A stretch of DNA of 63,719 nt, filler included, from Candidatus Woesearchaeota archaeon (GCA_003695265.1; 4 parts of 4 records of this genome joined end to end with filler, not necessarily neighbours in it), one strand, 5' to 3'. Positions 27,945-38,691 are shown, counted from the first letter of the whole stretch. Translations and numbers: made by a program. Notes: generated by a model not told the origin, from the letters alone.

Positions 27945-30900
27945 TCATTCTGGCATCTCATATATTTTGAATAATTTTATTTTTTTCCATACCCTTTTAC
28001 AGTTCTCATCTACGACCCCATTGCAATTGTCGTCAATTTTATTATAACAAACTTCCTCAGCACTAGGATTAATTCTGCTTTTTGAGTCATCACAATCTTC
28101 CCAAATGTAAAATCCATCATTATCCCCATCCCATAATGGCCTATAATCAGCTCTTCCATACTGCGCTGAAACCGTGTAATTACTAGGGTAGCCAACATTT
28201 GAGGAAAAATCATCCCAGTAGTTGCCAATGCTTGTGTTCCAGTGATTTGTTAATGCGCTTGAGTCATAAGCGTTAATGCTATTACTATCAAACGTATTGT
28301 TTGAAACAACAAATGAGGTGTTGTCCCACAATGCTATCCCATAACCATTGGAAGAAAACAGATTGGAAGAAACAACACCATCAGAATCATAGGCGGAAAA
28401 TCCTGAATAATCATTATGACTGAACGTATTTGATAAAACGCTTACTTCTGAAGATCTGTAAACTTCAAGACCTTTTCCCTGATTTGTTGAAGACGTGTTT
28501 GAAAAGTTATTACTTAAAACATTGACTTTGGAAGAGTTTTGGATAAGAATTCCAGTCCTTACAGTTCCATCGTAAAACCTGTTACTTTCCAGGTTAATGT
28601 TTCTAATGAGACTAGTAAAAACCCCATATTGCCATGAACTGAATGTTATGTTCTTAAGGGTTATGTTTGATAACTCTTTAGTGCTGGTTGGATAATCTCC
28701 CACAAAAATAGCTTTTGATAGCATGAAGTTGTGCCCTCTTATTAATTTCCCTTTTCCATCAACAGTCACATTGCTTGAATTGATTATTATACAATAAATG
28801 TTATTGTAAGGCCCTGCATTGATGTCACTTCCAAAGAAGTAGGTTCCAGGATGGTTGATAATTTTACAGCTTCTTAACTCATATGGTTTTAGCGTTGTAA
28901 GTGGTAAGTAATCAAATTGATAACCATTAATGCTGTAAGGCTCATCGCAAAACCCATTATTATTAGTGTTTAAGCACGTTTCGCTGAATCCTGTCCCATC
29001 AGGCTTAGCCCAGTAATTACCACCTAAATATTGTCCTCCCACAATGTTTGGTCCTGGGCTAACAGACGTGTTGTAATTATTACTTGTTGCAATTGACACA
29101 TTGGCGTTCTGTATATTCATAAAATAATTGTCATAAATATTATTATAGGAATTTGAAACAACAATTCCTCTATTGTTGTACGCTACATTATTTCTTGTTA
29201 TAGTATTGTTCTGCCCTCCAAGGACTATACCATCACCACTGTCAGTAAACTCATTTCCGCTTATGTTATTGTTGTATGATGCAGCATCAATGCTGAGCGC
29301 TCTGAAAGAAACTAAGCTCGCAATAGACTTTTCTATGCTGTTATTGCTTGACTCAATTAAGTCAATGCCAAAAATGCTCGAGGTTAAGCTGACAGACCTA
29401 AAAATATTATTGTTTGACCTCTCAACTCTTATACCTCTCCACGAATTACTCATTGAAACATCTGCAAAAAGCGTGTTGTCAGTGAAAAACATTATAATCG
29501 CTGTGTTGTTGAAAGGGGATGTAAGTGTTGTTGTTTTTACAGTGCTGTTGTCAGCATTGCAGAGTATTATTTCAATAGGGTTTGTGTTTGTGATTGTTGT
29601 GTGTTGCGTGTTGACAAAAAGGATTGGTTTTTCCCAGGATCCATAAACATTGCTTAGTGTGTTGTTGCATTCTTCAAGGTCATTTATGCCGAGAGTAGGC
29701 ATAAAGTCAAAATCAATTAAGGAATTTCTGTAAATGTTGCTGTTTGTAATATTGTTGAATTTTGAAGCTGAAAGAACGAATCCTTTGGAGTTATAAGAAG
29801 AGCGAACCAGCCTGTATTCTCCATAATCAGACTTGTAAGATTCAATTCCTATATAATTTGAGAAAGCATTAACATTTTCAACGCTGACATTCTTAGAACT
29901 GTCAACTTTTATCCCTGAATACCAGTCGCTTACACTCACATTTTTTATCTCAACATTATGCACTGATGAAGAAATTCCACCGACATGTATGCCGACAGAA
30001 AGCTCTGCATCGCTTCCATCAAACAAGAAGTTGTTTCCCAACAATCGCACGTGATTGGCAAGTACATTAAGGCAGCTGCTTTGCCCTGGATTAAGGTTTA
30101 ATAAATCTTCAGGAATAAAATATACTCCACTCTTTGTAATGTTTGCGCATCCTTTTATTGGATTCATGTTAATCGGCTTTATTAAAGGATAATGATCAGT
30201 TGCAACTACTACTTTGTACTCATTGTCACAAATTAGATTGTTATCAGCATCGTCAAAGCACACTTCACTGAATCCTTCTCCATTAGGCTCTGCCCAGTAA
30301 TTCCCACCTAAGAAAGGTCCTCCAATAATGTTTGTGCCTGGTGTTAGAGGCATGTTCAAGTTTGCGGTTGTGTTCGTCAGTTTGATATTTATGGTATTGT
30401 TGAAAAAGTTGTTAAATACGCTTAAATTGCTTACAGACCATGCTTCAATACCTGTAAAAGAAAGTGTTAAAGAATTATTCTTTCCAGTGAGGTGGCTGTC
30501 CTTAATTGTCACATTTGAAGCATAGACAATGTTTGCTGCAACGTCATTTACGTATGAGGTTGTATAAGTGTCAATGTTTAAGTTGTTCATATTCACGTTA
30601 TTAGCGTGTGTTATATAAACACCATTTGCAGTGCCATTAATTGTAAGATCTCTTATTGTTATGTTTGTAAGCTCACTTGACTGGCTTCCGGAAACTACAA
30701 CTCCCTTTATAGGCATGCCATTGCCATTTATAGAATGCCCGTTCCCATTTAGTATTACATAACTCTGGGTGATTATAAGGCAGTCACTGTTGGCGTTGAT
30801 ATCAGAAACGAGATTGTAAACACCTTGCGAATTTATTACGGTACAATTTGAAATGTTTTTTGGCTCGTTAGGTAATGTGAGCGGGTAATAATCTATATTG

Positions 30901-31823
30901 TTCTGCATTTGCCCAGACCCCACATAATAAACTGAATCGCAAATGCCGTTACTGTCAATATCAAGGCATGTTTCGCTGAATCCTGTCCCATCAGGCTTAG
31001 CCCAATAATTTCCGCCAAGAAGCTGTCCTCCTATTATATTCTGTCCTGAAATAAGTGGAAAATTCCACGTGTGGTTTTCTGAAGTTATGTACTCGTTCTG
31101 CGTGTTGTTGAAGTAATTATTGGCAAATAAACCTCCTGGAACGCTGGATAGGAAATAAAGCCCTGCAAAATTATTCGCTGTGACAATGTTACCTGTCATT
31201 GTAGGGTTTGAAGTTGCATCAAACCTCACACCACCTCCGTTATTCATTGAAATAGTATTATTTAATATACTGTTATTGGCTCCTCCGTTGAAGCTGATTC
31301 CCCAATCAGAATTACTTGTTATAGTGTTGTTTTCTATTATTGTTGAGACAGGAAAATTGCCTGTGGAAATCCCAATCGTGTTGCCTGTGATAAGATTGTT
31401 TCTTGCAGCGTAATTTTTGGTATTCTCTAAACTTATTGCGATAGTGGTTGAGTCAACTTCATTATCATGAATCCCTAATGTACTGTTCTCAATCCAATCA
31501 ACATAAATCCCATTATACCAGTTGCTGATTCTAAAATTTTTTATTTCAACATTTTGAAGTGCATTATAATAAGGGAATGAGGAAGCTCTGATTGCCGTTC
31601 CAAAGCCTGATCCTTGAACAAGATGGTTCTTCCCATCAATTATTACATTGCCAGAAGTTATCCACAAGCACAGGTTTGTTGAACCAATAATATCAGATTC
31701 TATGGTGTAATTGCCTGGTTGAGTTATATTCTGGCAGGAGTAAATTGGTGTTGCAAAAGCGTTTCCAGAGTTTATTAACAAAAGCAACGGTAATATTATA
31801 ATCATTGTTAACTTTCCTTTCAT
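27945..31823 (-). CDS. Large secreted parallel beta-helix (NosD/CASH-type) surface protein with C-terminal Cys/Asp-rich MopE-like motif
   Basis: Signal peptide; repeated modules (C..I...G.Y....D, Asn-rich beta-helix, GGNYW.KP.G.GFSE.C...CD...DY.PL); terminal DGDNDGF...DCDD...INP.AEEVC...DDNCNG.VDE. Confidence 0.85.
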   Translation of the reverse strand: MKGKLTMIIILPLLLLINSGNAFATPIYSCQNITQPGNYTIESDIIGSTNLCLWITSGNVIIDGKNHLVQGSGFGTAIRASSFPYYNALQNVEIKNFRISNWYNGIYVDWIENSTLGIHDNEVDSTTIAISLENTKNYAARNNLITGNTIGISTGNFPVSTIIENNTITSNSDWGISFNGGANNSILNNTISMNNGGGVRFDATSNPTMTGNIVTANNFAGLYFLSSVPGGLFANNYFNNTQNEYITSENHTWNFPLISGQNIIGGQLLGGNYWAKPDGTGFSETCLDIDSNGICDSVYYVGSGQMQNNIDYYPLTLPNEPKNISNCTVINSQGVYNLVSDINANSDCLIITQSYVILNGNGHSINGNGMPIKGVVVSGSQSSELTNITIRDLTINGTANGVYITHANNVNMNNLNIDTYTTSYVNDVAANIVYASNVTIKDSHLTGKNNSLTLSFTGIEAWSVSNLSVFNNFFNNTINIKLTNTTANLNMPLTPGTNIIGGPFLGGNYWAEPNGEGFSEVCFDDADNNLICDNEYKVVVATDHYPLIKPINMNPIKGCANITKSGVYFIPEDLLNLNPGQSSCLNVLANHVRLLGNNFLFDGSDAELSVGIHVGGISSSVHNVEIKNVSVSDWYSGIKVDSSKNVSVENVNAFSNYIGIESYKSDYGEYRLVRSSYNSKGFVLSASKFNNITNSNIYRNSLIDFDFMPTLGINDLEECNNTLSNVYGSWEKPILFVNTQHTTITNTNPIEIILCNADNSTVKTTTLTSPFNNTAIIMFFTDNTLFADVSMSNSWRGIRVERSNNNIFRSVSLTSSIFGIDLIESSNNSIEKSIASLVSFRALSIDAASYNNNISGNEFTDSGDGIVLGGQNNTITRNNVAYNNRGIVVSNSYNNIYDNYFMNIQNANVSIATSNNYNTSVSPGPNIVGGQYLGGNYWAKPDGTGFSETCLNTNNNGFCDEPYSINGYQFDYLPLTTLKPYELRSCKIINHPGTYFFGSDINAGPYNNIYCIIINSSNVTVDGKGKLIRGHNFMLSKAIFVGDYPTSTKELSNITLKNITFSSWQYGVFTSLIRNINLESNRFYDGTVRTGILIQNSSKVNVLSNNFSNTSSTNQGKGLEVYRSSEVSVLSNTFSHNDYSGFSAYDSDGVVSSNLFSSNGYGIALWDNTSFVVSNNTFDSNSINAYDSSALTNHWNTSIGNYWDDFSSNVGYPSNYTVSAQYGRADYRPLWDGDNDGFYIWEDCDDSKSRINPSAEEVCYNKIDDNCNGVVDENCKRVWKKIKLFKIYEMPE

Positions 31824-32000
31824 TTAATGCACCTCTTAATTTAATAAGGAATTAAAACTAATATTTAACCTCTGTTTTGCAAGAATAAACTTTTATTTAT
31901 AAACTATTTGTTTGTAATTACAACTTTTTTGTTTTTTTCTTCATATTTTAATATAATATTACTTATCCTAATGCTTTTGTACAGAATTTTCTTTTTTTTA

Positions 32001-34208
32001 TTAGTTTTCGTATTCTGAATCCAAGACCTTCCTTATTTCCTTTGCTTTCTTTTCGCCAATCAAGTCTATTTTTTTCAGCTGCTCCTCCTTCGCGTTCATT
32101 ATCTTCTTAACGGTCTTGAACTTTTTCAGCAGAGGCTTTGCCAGGCTTAAGCCTATTCCCGGCAGCGCGCTCACAATGTATTCCTGCTGCTCTTTCAGCG
32201 TCAAAGGCTTTTTTGAGCCGTGAGGATTAAATATTTTGGGCTTTTCTTCCTGCTCGCGCTTAGCCATTATCATCAGCAGAGCAGCAGTGTCCTTATTGTT
32301 TTTTGTGAATATCATAGGTATTCCGTAACTAATTGCTATTGTTGCTAAGAGGCCGCGAATAGCATTTGGATGGACTTTCCTGACAGCATAAATGTCCTGG
32401 GTTCCTGATATTATTATAACCGGCCGCCTGTAACTATTCTTCAGAACTTTCACCTGCTCTAAGAGTCTGCCATCAACCAATGAATTAACAAAGTCCTCAA
32501 CTGTTTTCAGCTCGACAGCAACGTCCTCTGACAAAACGTAATCAGCGCACTTCAGACTTTCCAGTTTCACGCTTGCGCCGAGCTCAACCAACTCTTTCAC
32601 TATTCCGCCGCCTTTTTCGCGGTAGTCAGCGAACACCTTGACTTTTTCTTCTTCAGGAATGTACTTCTCGAGGCTTGGCTGGGATTTATGAAACGTTTCC
32701 TGAAGCTTCGACTTCAATGAGTCAATTGTCCTGAACATCCTCTTTTCTTTATGATGAGCCACCCACCTATACCCAACATCCCTAGTGTCTTTTGCTATTA
32801 GTACAATAATCTTTCCCTTGCCATGCCTGCCGGTCCTGCCGCGCCTCTGAATATGCCTTATGGCGCTAGGGATAGGCTCATAAAAAACCACTGTGTCAAC
32901 TTTAGGAATATCTAGGCCTTCCTCTCCTATTGAGGTGCTGACTAAGCAATTAAAAATTCCTTCCCTGAACTCGTCAAGAACCTCTTTCTGCTTTTTTTGT
33001 GTTAGGCCAGTTTCTCCTTTTTTCAATTGCCCAACAAAGAGTTTTGCCTTAACATTAGTAACCTTATTCAAAGTATTCACAATAACTTTTCCCGAGTCTC
33101 TGAACTGCGTGAAAACAATAACCTTTTTTTCTTTCGAGGACCCTATCTCTTTTTCCATTATTTCTTCAAGTTTTTTGAGCTTTGGGTGCTCAACACCTTC
33201 CTCAAACAAATTGTCAGTAAGTATTAAGGCAGACCTGAAATTAAGGTCTTTGACCAAGTTCTGAACAGCTTTGACTTTCGTCTTTGTTGCTTCCTGCTTT
33301 AAGCGGTGCATGTAAGAGTGAAGCGCAGTAATTCCCTGGGTTTCTAGCAATTCAATCGCATGGTTTACCTTGGTTGCTTCCGCAATCAATGAAATAGACC
33401 TTAAAATTCCAAAGTCTTTGTTTCCCTGACTTATCTCAGCATGCAGTTCTGCCTGCGCCTGAAGCAGAGATGTCTTTTTAGAAATCTTTGCTGTGTTGAC
33501 ATAACCATATTTTTTTATTTCCTCTAACTTGCTCTTGTAGCATTGCTCAAGGTACTTTTTTATCTTCTTGAAGCTCTCCGGAAGCTCGACTTCCACCCAA
33601 TCTATTTTTGTTTCCTGAACGTACGGCTTTACGTCAGGGTCTTCAGGAGTCCTTATCTCAATATCCTCTATGTAAGCGTTCCTGCAAATTTCCTGAATCT
33701 TTTCTAAGTCAGAGCCGGGTGAGGCTGTCAAGCCAAGAATTCTTGGATACTTTGACTTTTTGTGGTACTGCTTTGCCAGGAAAACGTAATCATAGTCACC
33801 TACGCAGTGTTGTATCTCATCTAACACCAGTAGGGAAACTTCAGACAGATCTGCCATTCCATTAATAACATCATTACTTATCGTCTGCGGCGTTGCAACA
33901 ATAACACTCGACTGTTTCCAGAGCTTTTCCCTTTCATCTGGCTTGACCATTCCTGTGAACAAAACAATTTTCTCAGGGTTAATGTCAAGATGTTTTTTAA
34001 AAGTTTCAACATGCTGGTCGCACAGAGGCTTTGTAGGGCTTGAAATAAGAATCTTTGATTTTGGATACAGCTTCAGCCTGTGAGCAGCTAAAAGCATGGC
34101 TATGGCTGTTTTTCCCATTCCTGTAGGAAGAATTACCATAGTGTTCTTACTGACACAGGTTGAAAGAATTGTTTCCTGATATAATCTAGGCTGAAAATCT
34201 TTTATCAC
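32001..34208 (-). CDS. hef: Hef helicase/ERCC4 nuclease (FANCM-like)
   Basis: PRLYQ, LPTGMGKT, LGLTASPG, EEGLDIP, QRRGRTGR, ERCC4 domain (ADYRE, DYV, VELKT..DF) and HhH end. Confidence 0.93.
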   Translation of the reverse strand: MIKDFQPRLYQETILSTCVSKNTMVILPTGMGKTAIAMLLAAHRLKLYPKSKILISSPTKPLCDQHVETFKKHLDINPEKIVLFTGMVKPDEREKLWKQSSVIVATPQTISNDVINGMADLSEVSLLVLDEIQHCVGDYDYVFLAKQYHKKSKYPRILGLTASPGSDLEKIQEICRNAYIEDIEIRTPEDPDVKPYVQETKIDWVEVELPESFKKIKKYLEQCYKSKLEEIKKYGYVNTAKISKKTSLLQAQAELHAEISQGNKDFGILRSISLIAEATKVNHAIELLETQGITALHSYMHRLKQEATKTKVKAVQNLVKDLNFRSALILTDNLFEEGVEHPKLKKLEEIMEKEIGSSKEKKVIVFTQFRDSGKVIVNTLNKVTNVKAKLFVGQLKKGETGLTQKKQKEVLDEFREGIFNCLVSTSIGEEGLDIPKVDTVVFYEPIPSAIRHIQRRGRTGRHGKGKIIVLIAKDTRDVGYRWVAHHKEKRMFRTIDSLKSKLQETFHKSQPSLEKYIPEEEKVKVFADYREKGGGIVKELVELGASVKLESLKCADYVLSEDVAVELKTVEDFVNSLVDGRLLEQVKVLKNSYRRPVIIISGTQDIYAVRKVHPNAIRGLLATIAISYGIPMIFTKNNKDTAALLMIMAKREQEEKPKIFNPHGSKKPLTLKEQQEYIVSALPGIGLSLAKPLLKKFKTVKKIMNAKEEQLKKIDLIGEKKAKEIRKVLDSEYEN

Positions 34209-34282
34209 AGCAATTACCCCTTTGCAAATGAAATACTACTGCATTTAAATAGGTTTTGAATTAATCTTCAAAGAATTTTGGC

Positions 34283-34624
34283 TTACGGCGTGAATCCTAT
34301 AAACCTTTTTATGTACCCTTTTACATAAAGGTAATGGCTCAATGCCCAGCCAAGCGCAAACACTATAATCAGGGCTTTCTTGCTCGTGTAAAAGTTTCCA
34401 AGTATGTAACCTAACAAAAACCCAATTATTATTATTACTACAGGAACGTTGAGCTTTCCTTTTCTCTGCACCATTATGAAGCCGACCATCATTCCACAGA
34501 TAAAAATTACCAAATAGCTGAAAAAAACGTTTTGTATTGCCAATGACAAGAAAAACCCTATGATTAATAGCACCCAGAAAAACAGTTCAGGCCAGCTTTC
34601 GTAAAGCATAAATCCCTTTTTCAT
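34283..34624 (-). CDS. Small multi-pass membrane protein
   Basis: About four hydrophobic helices; ATGA overlap with the upstream gene. Confidence 0.7.
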   Translation of the reverse strand: MKKGFMLYESWPELFFWVLLIIGFFLSLAIQNVFFSYLVIFICGMMVGFIMVQRKGKLNVPVVIIIIGFLLGYILGNFYTSKKALIIVFALGWALSHYLYVKGYIKRFIGFTP

Positions 34625-35349
34625 GCGCTTTCCACCTTAAGATAATAAACAAGCCACATTAAACCACCAAGTAATAATCCACCTACAATAGCTAATAAAA
34701 CATTTGCAAAGTATACTAATATTCCCGTCCCAATTATTGAGGCGTAGCTGAAAACATATATAAGCCTTGACTGGAAGAACACGTTTGCCCCATTTAGAGG
34801 TGGTATTGGAAGCAGGGCAAAAACAGCTATTAAAATATTGATTGTTATTGCCTTTTCAATCAATGCTGTGTTTGGCAAAAACATGAACATCTTGAAAACC
34901 ATTGCAAGAATAATGTTCGCTACCGGTCCTGCAAGAGACACCTGTAATATATTCATGTAACTAAGGCCATGCCTGAATTTTCCGATTCTAGCTCTTGTAA
35001 TCTGGTGCAGGACAAGCCCTCCCGGAGCTATGAATGTGAGCCAGCCGTAAGAAGCAAAAACCAGAACGAGACCTATTATTAAACCGTACATCCACATCCT
35101 GTACTCATAACGATAGCCGTGTCGCAGCGCAAAAATTCTCTGCGCAAATTCTCTAACTATTATTGCAATTGTTACTATAACAATCGTGTTAAAAAGGTTT
35201 GTTAGGCCTGTGCCCACGTCGAACTTGTCAGTACCCCATTCCCTGAAGCTCATAATAAAAGAAAGGACTAGAATCGTTATTGTCAGGCCTTTTATCTCTT
35301 CATTTTCAAACCTGAAGTACTCTGAAACCATATGGCTTAGTTCGCCCAT
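34621..35349 (-). CDS. Site-2 protease (M50)-like membrane protein, probably catalytically degenerate
   Basis: FIAPG, SLAGP.AN, LLPIPPLNG; the HExxH position reads REFAQ. Track start 35421. Confidence 0.7.
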   Translation of the reverse strand: MGELSHMVSEYFRFENEEIKGLTITILVLSFIMSFREWGTDKFDVGTGLTNLFNTIVIVTIAIIVREFAQRIFALRHGYRYEYRMWMYGLIIGLVLVFASYGWLTFIAPGGLVLHQITRARIGKFRHGLSYMNILQVSLAGPVANIILAMVFKMFMFLPNTALIEKAITINILIAVFALLPIPPLNGANVFFQSRLIYVFSYASIIGTGILVYFANVLLAIVGGLLLGGLMWLVYYLKVESA

Positions 35350-35383
35350 AACAATTAATGACGTGGTCTTTATTATATATATT

Positions 35384-36091
35384 TTACGTGTTTGAGTCCT
35401 GTTTGTAAGCCTTTCTAACAAGCATCAGTAATTCTTCTGCGTGGCCTGCTCCGACAACAGCAATTATTCTTTCATAAGGGTGATTAACCATTAAATTATG
35501 TAATCTGTGCGCCATTATATTGTTGCGTTCCTCAATTAGAACCTTGTAAATGTTCGGGTACCTTCTTTTTACTTTTTTAATAAGCGTCTTCACAACCTTT
35601 TCTTCAGGCACTTTTCTCAGGTCAACACTTATTTTTTCTCCCCCGCCAAAAAAAGCTTTTATAATATCAACCAGCAAGTTCCATTTTTCTTTCCATGACA
35701 GGCTTTCTGAGAACCTTTTTAGTGTGACTCTTATGTTCTGGTCTATCAAAGCAACTTTTATGTTGTGTTTCCTGGCAATCTTAACAGCTTCTTTCATTTC
35801 AGCTCCTGGCACAACCCCCACGCTCCGGCCCAGCTTTTTCTGGATCCACGCGCCTAAAACAGCAAACACAAAGCCTTTAACCCCAACTTTTTTTATGTCT
35901 GCCAGCCTTAATCTTGTGCCTTTGTCAGAAACCAAAGCTGATAAGCGCTCCCTGTCAAGCTCTAAAGCAATTATGTCAGGGCTTTCATTCTTAATAAATT
36001 CCCTTACTTCTCTTACGCTCTGCCTTGCTATGTGCGAAGTTCCAATTATTATCAGGTTGCGAAACGAGTTTTTTCTATTGCAAGCAGCCAT
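35384..36091 (-). CDS. TraB-domain (TraB/PrgY/GumN) protein
   Basis: IIGTSH, ALELD..R, PGAEM, LID..I..TL.R, LIEERN..M, AVVGAGH. Confidence 0.9.
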   Translation of the reverse strand: MAACNRKNSFRNLIIIGTSHIARQSVREVREFIKNESPDIIALELDRERLSALVSDKGTRLRLADIKKVGVKGFVFAVLGAWIQKKLGRSVGVVPGAEMKEAVKIARKHNIKVALIDQNIRVTLKRFSESLSWKEKWNLLVDIIKAFFGGGEKISVDLRKVPEEKVVKTLIKKVKRRYPNIYKVLIEERNNIMAHRLHNLMVNHPYERIIAVVGAGHAEELLMLVRKAYKQDSNT

Positions 36092-36213
36092 TTTTTTATT
36101 GTTTTATTTAAATCATTAAATATCTTGCGCAATAGAAAAGTATTTAAACACAGCCAATCTTAATAAACTTGTCATAATTTTTACTTAGAAAAACATAGTA
36201 TGGAGGGATTATT

Positions 36214-36492
36214 ATGCTAAAAATGAAGAAAATCTCTGAGACTTATGACATGAAAGTCTTTACTGATACTGGAGAATACTTCGGAGATGTTGAAGAATCA
36301 ATACTAACAAATAACAAGGTTTTCGGGTGGAGAGTACGCTCAACAAAGAATTCTTTCCTAAACAAAGTTTTGGGATCGGCAAAAGGTGTTATTGTTCCGC
36401 ACCAGCTTGTCAAATCAATCGGCGACATAATGATTATAAGCAAGGCAGCCGTGCCAAGCTACAATCCAGAGGAAGAATCAGAATCAGCCTGA
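36214..36492 (+). CDS. PRC-barrel domain protein (archaeal CdpB-like)
   Basis: VFTDTGEYFGDVEE and IVPHQLVKSIGDIMII, typical of archaeal PRC barrels. Confidence 0.85.
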   Translation: MLKMKKISETYDMKVFTDTGEYFGDVEESILTNNKVFGWRVRSTKNSFLNKVLGSAKGVIVPHQLVKSIGDIMIISKAAVPSYNPEEESESA

Positions 36493-36514
36493 TTACTTTG
36501 TTTTTCTTACTCTC

Positions 36515-37486
36515 TTATTTTATTTCCCAAGGATCCCAAACCACAAAATCCTGGTAAGGAGCTGGCGCTTTTAATTCCCAAATCCTTCTCTGAACGCTCC
36601 TCAAAGAAACGTACAATGTTGGCTGCCCCCAAGCCTCCCTCTCAATCAGCTCGTAATAAGGAAACATTTCCCTTTTTTCATCAATAGTAACATTAGGATC
36701 AGCCAAAACCTCAAACTCGCCAATTCTTGCGCGCTTGATAGGCACTGTGATTAGCGTTTTCACAACATTGGCGTAATCAGGCTTCATTCTTCTTATTTGA
36801 AGAGCTTTGTAAGCTTTTTCGCCAACCTGCACTACGTCTTCTTTCTTTTCCGGCGTTTTTCTTTTAGCCAAGCCAGCCTCGTAATCAGCAATGAATGCCA
36901 AGTCATTCTCAAGAATCCTGCTTAGCCTGACAAACCTCACAAAGTTTGCTTCATCAAATGCTGTTGGGTCTCTGCCTGCGGGAAGAACCAATCTCTCTAA
37001 AACACCTTCTGTTGCAAGGCTTCCTTCAACCACATAATCAATCACAAACCTGGGCTCTTCTAAAAAGTACGGCGCAACAATTGCGTCAAAGCTGTCTTTC
37101 AGGAATTGGACAGGTGCATAAAATTCTCCGTTTTCCTTTCTTATTTGAGTTATCGTCCTTCCCTGGCTTAGAAGGGTTAGTATTCCCTCAAGGTATCTTT
37201 CAATTGCTTCACAAGGCCATTTGTAAGAAGGCTTTTTCTTTCTCCTCTCAACCTTTATGTTGAAAGTAACAGGCCCTCTCTTAATAGGCTCAACAACAAT
37301 TCCTTCTTCAGGAGGAAGATTCAATTTCGTGAAGCCAGTGGAAGCCTTCAATGCACCTTTTAAAAGCCCTATCTCTGTTTCGATGTCTGGAACATTATGG
37401 GTTGCCCTGACATAAGCTTCCCTTTGCGCTTCTAAATCACCTTCAAACTTTCCGGCGCTTTCAATAACTTTCTCAACAAGACTCAT
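36515..37486 (-). CDS. Hypothetical protein (orphan)
   Basis: 323-aa ORF; no recognised motif. Confidence 0.65.
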   Translation of the reverse strand: MSLVEKVIESAGKFEGDLEAQREAYVRATHNVPDIETEIGLLKGALKASTGFTKLNLPPEEGIVVEPIKRGPVTFNIKVERRKKKPSYKWPCEAIERYLEGILTLLSQGRTITQIRKENGEFYAPVQFLKDSFDAIVAPYFLEEPRFVIDYVVEGSLATEGVLERLVLPAGRDPTAFDEANFVRFVRLSRILENDLAFIADYEAGLAKRKTPEKKEDVVQVGEKAYKALQIRRMKPDYANVVKTLITVPIKRARIGEFEVLADPNVTIDEKREMFPYYELIEREAWGQPTLYVSLRSVQRRIWELKAPAPYQDFVVWDPWEIK

Positions 37487-37529
37487 AATCCTCTAAGAAT
37501 TTTTTGTTATTATTAAAATTAATGCTTAA

Positions 37530-38648
37530 TCACAAGAAAAGATACATTAGTGAGCCAGCCATCGCCATAAAAAACCCGAGAATAATATTTTCAGTCAATG
37601 CTAATATTATAAATAAGGTTATTCTCCCTAAATGAATGCTTACCTCTCTGAAAACTATTGTTAAGACAATCCCTTCGCTGTTTGCCTTGTCATAAGAAAT
37701 CATTTCAAAAGGTATGCTCTGCGATGGCTTTACCAAGCCATAAACAGCATTAGTCCCAATAACTCCTGTAGTTGTTTTAATAAAAGAACGGGCAATCCAA
37801 ATTGCAAAAAGAAAAACACTCCCTGCCCTAAGCAAAAATTTTTGGTGCTTGTCTGATATCTTACTCACAAGAAAAACAACGAGCATTGTTGCAAAAAGTG
37901 TTATTGACTTGAAAACCCCTAATGAAACGTAATTTTTTGTTATGAGCAAAAAAATAATGACGGGCCATATTATGGCCTCAACCCCAAATTCGAAGCCCCA
38001 TGCGCTGAAACCAAGAAAATCTTTTATTCTATGGCTTTTGAACAACTTCTTAAATGAAACTGTAAGAGGCTCATGAATGTCTCTTGAGAAAAAAAGCGGC
38101 GCTGTCGAAGCTAGCAACAAGAAAGACACTATAACAAATAACGACTTGAAGCCAATTAAGCTGAGTATTAACCCCCCAATTATGGGTCCTGCAGAGCTGA
38201 AAACAGAGCTCAGTATTTTTGACGCACCAACCTCTTTTCCTCTTTTTCCTTTTTTGCTGAACTTTGCGAAATCAACATGGTACCCAATCCAAAACATCGC
38301 GAAGTTAATCCCTAAAAGCGCAGGTATAATAAAAAAGGATTTAGGAAAAGCCTTTAATGAAAAAAGAAGAACATAACCCACTATTAACAATGGAACACTG
38401 AACAGTATAGAATGCTTAAACCCGAACCTTGAAGCGAGTTTAGCAGCAGGGAAGACTGAAATTATCCAAAACACTTCCATTACTATATAAAAATAAAAAA
38501 CCTTGTTCAACCCGTAATCCAAGCTCAACAAGTAAAGAGGGATAAAAACAGAAATCATTGACAAGGCAAACGACCTTATCGCAATGCTCAAATATAATTC
38601 GTCAAGCTCTCTGTTTTTTAAAAAACTGAAAAAATGGTGGTTGTGCAT
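37530..38648 (-). CDS. MFS-type transporter
   Basis: About 12 hydrophobic segments; A.KL.SRFG.K loop motif, GPIIGG, SKISDK. Confidence 0.8.
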   Translation of the reverse strand: MHNHHFFSFLKNRELDELYLSIAIRSFALSMISVFIPLYLLSLDYGLNKVFYFYIVMEVFWIISVFPAAKLASRFGFKHSILFSVPLLIVGYVLLFSLKAFPKSFFIIPALLGINFAMFWIGYHVDFAKFSKKGKRGKEVGASKILSSVFSSAGPIIGGLILSLIGFKSLFVIVSFLLLASTAPLFFSRDIHEPLTVSFKKLFKSHRIKDFLGFSAWGFEFGVEAIIWPVIIFLLITKNYVSLGVFKSITLFATMLVVFLVSKISDKHQKFLLRAGSVFLFAIWIARSFIKTTTGVIGTNAVYGLVKPSQSIPFEMISYDKANSEGIVLTIVFREVSIHLGRITLFIILALTENIILGFFMAMAGSLMYLFL

Positions 38649-38691
38649 AGCAAAACCTATTTATATATCATCTTATTAAAGTTTTTGATAT

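Noticed and set aside
32001..34208. Hef motif II reads DEIQ instead of DEAH
   Set aside because: All other helicase motifs are intact and the catalytic DE is kept; not enough to claim inactivation.
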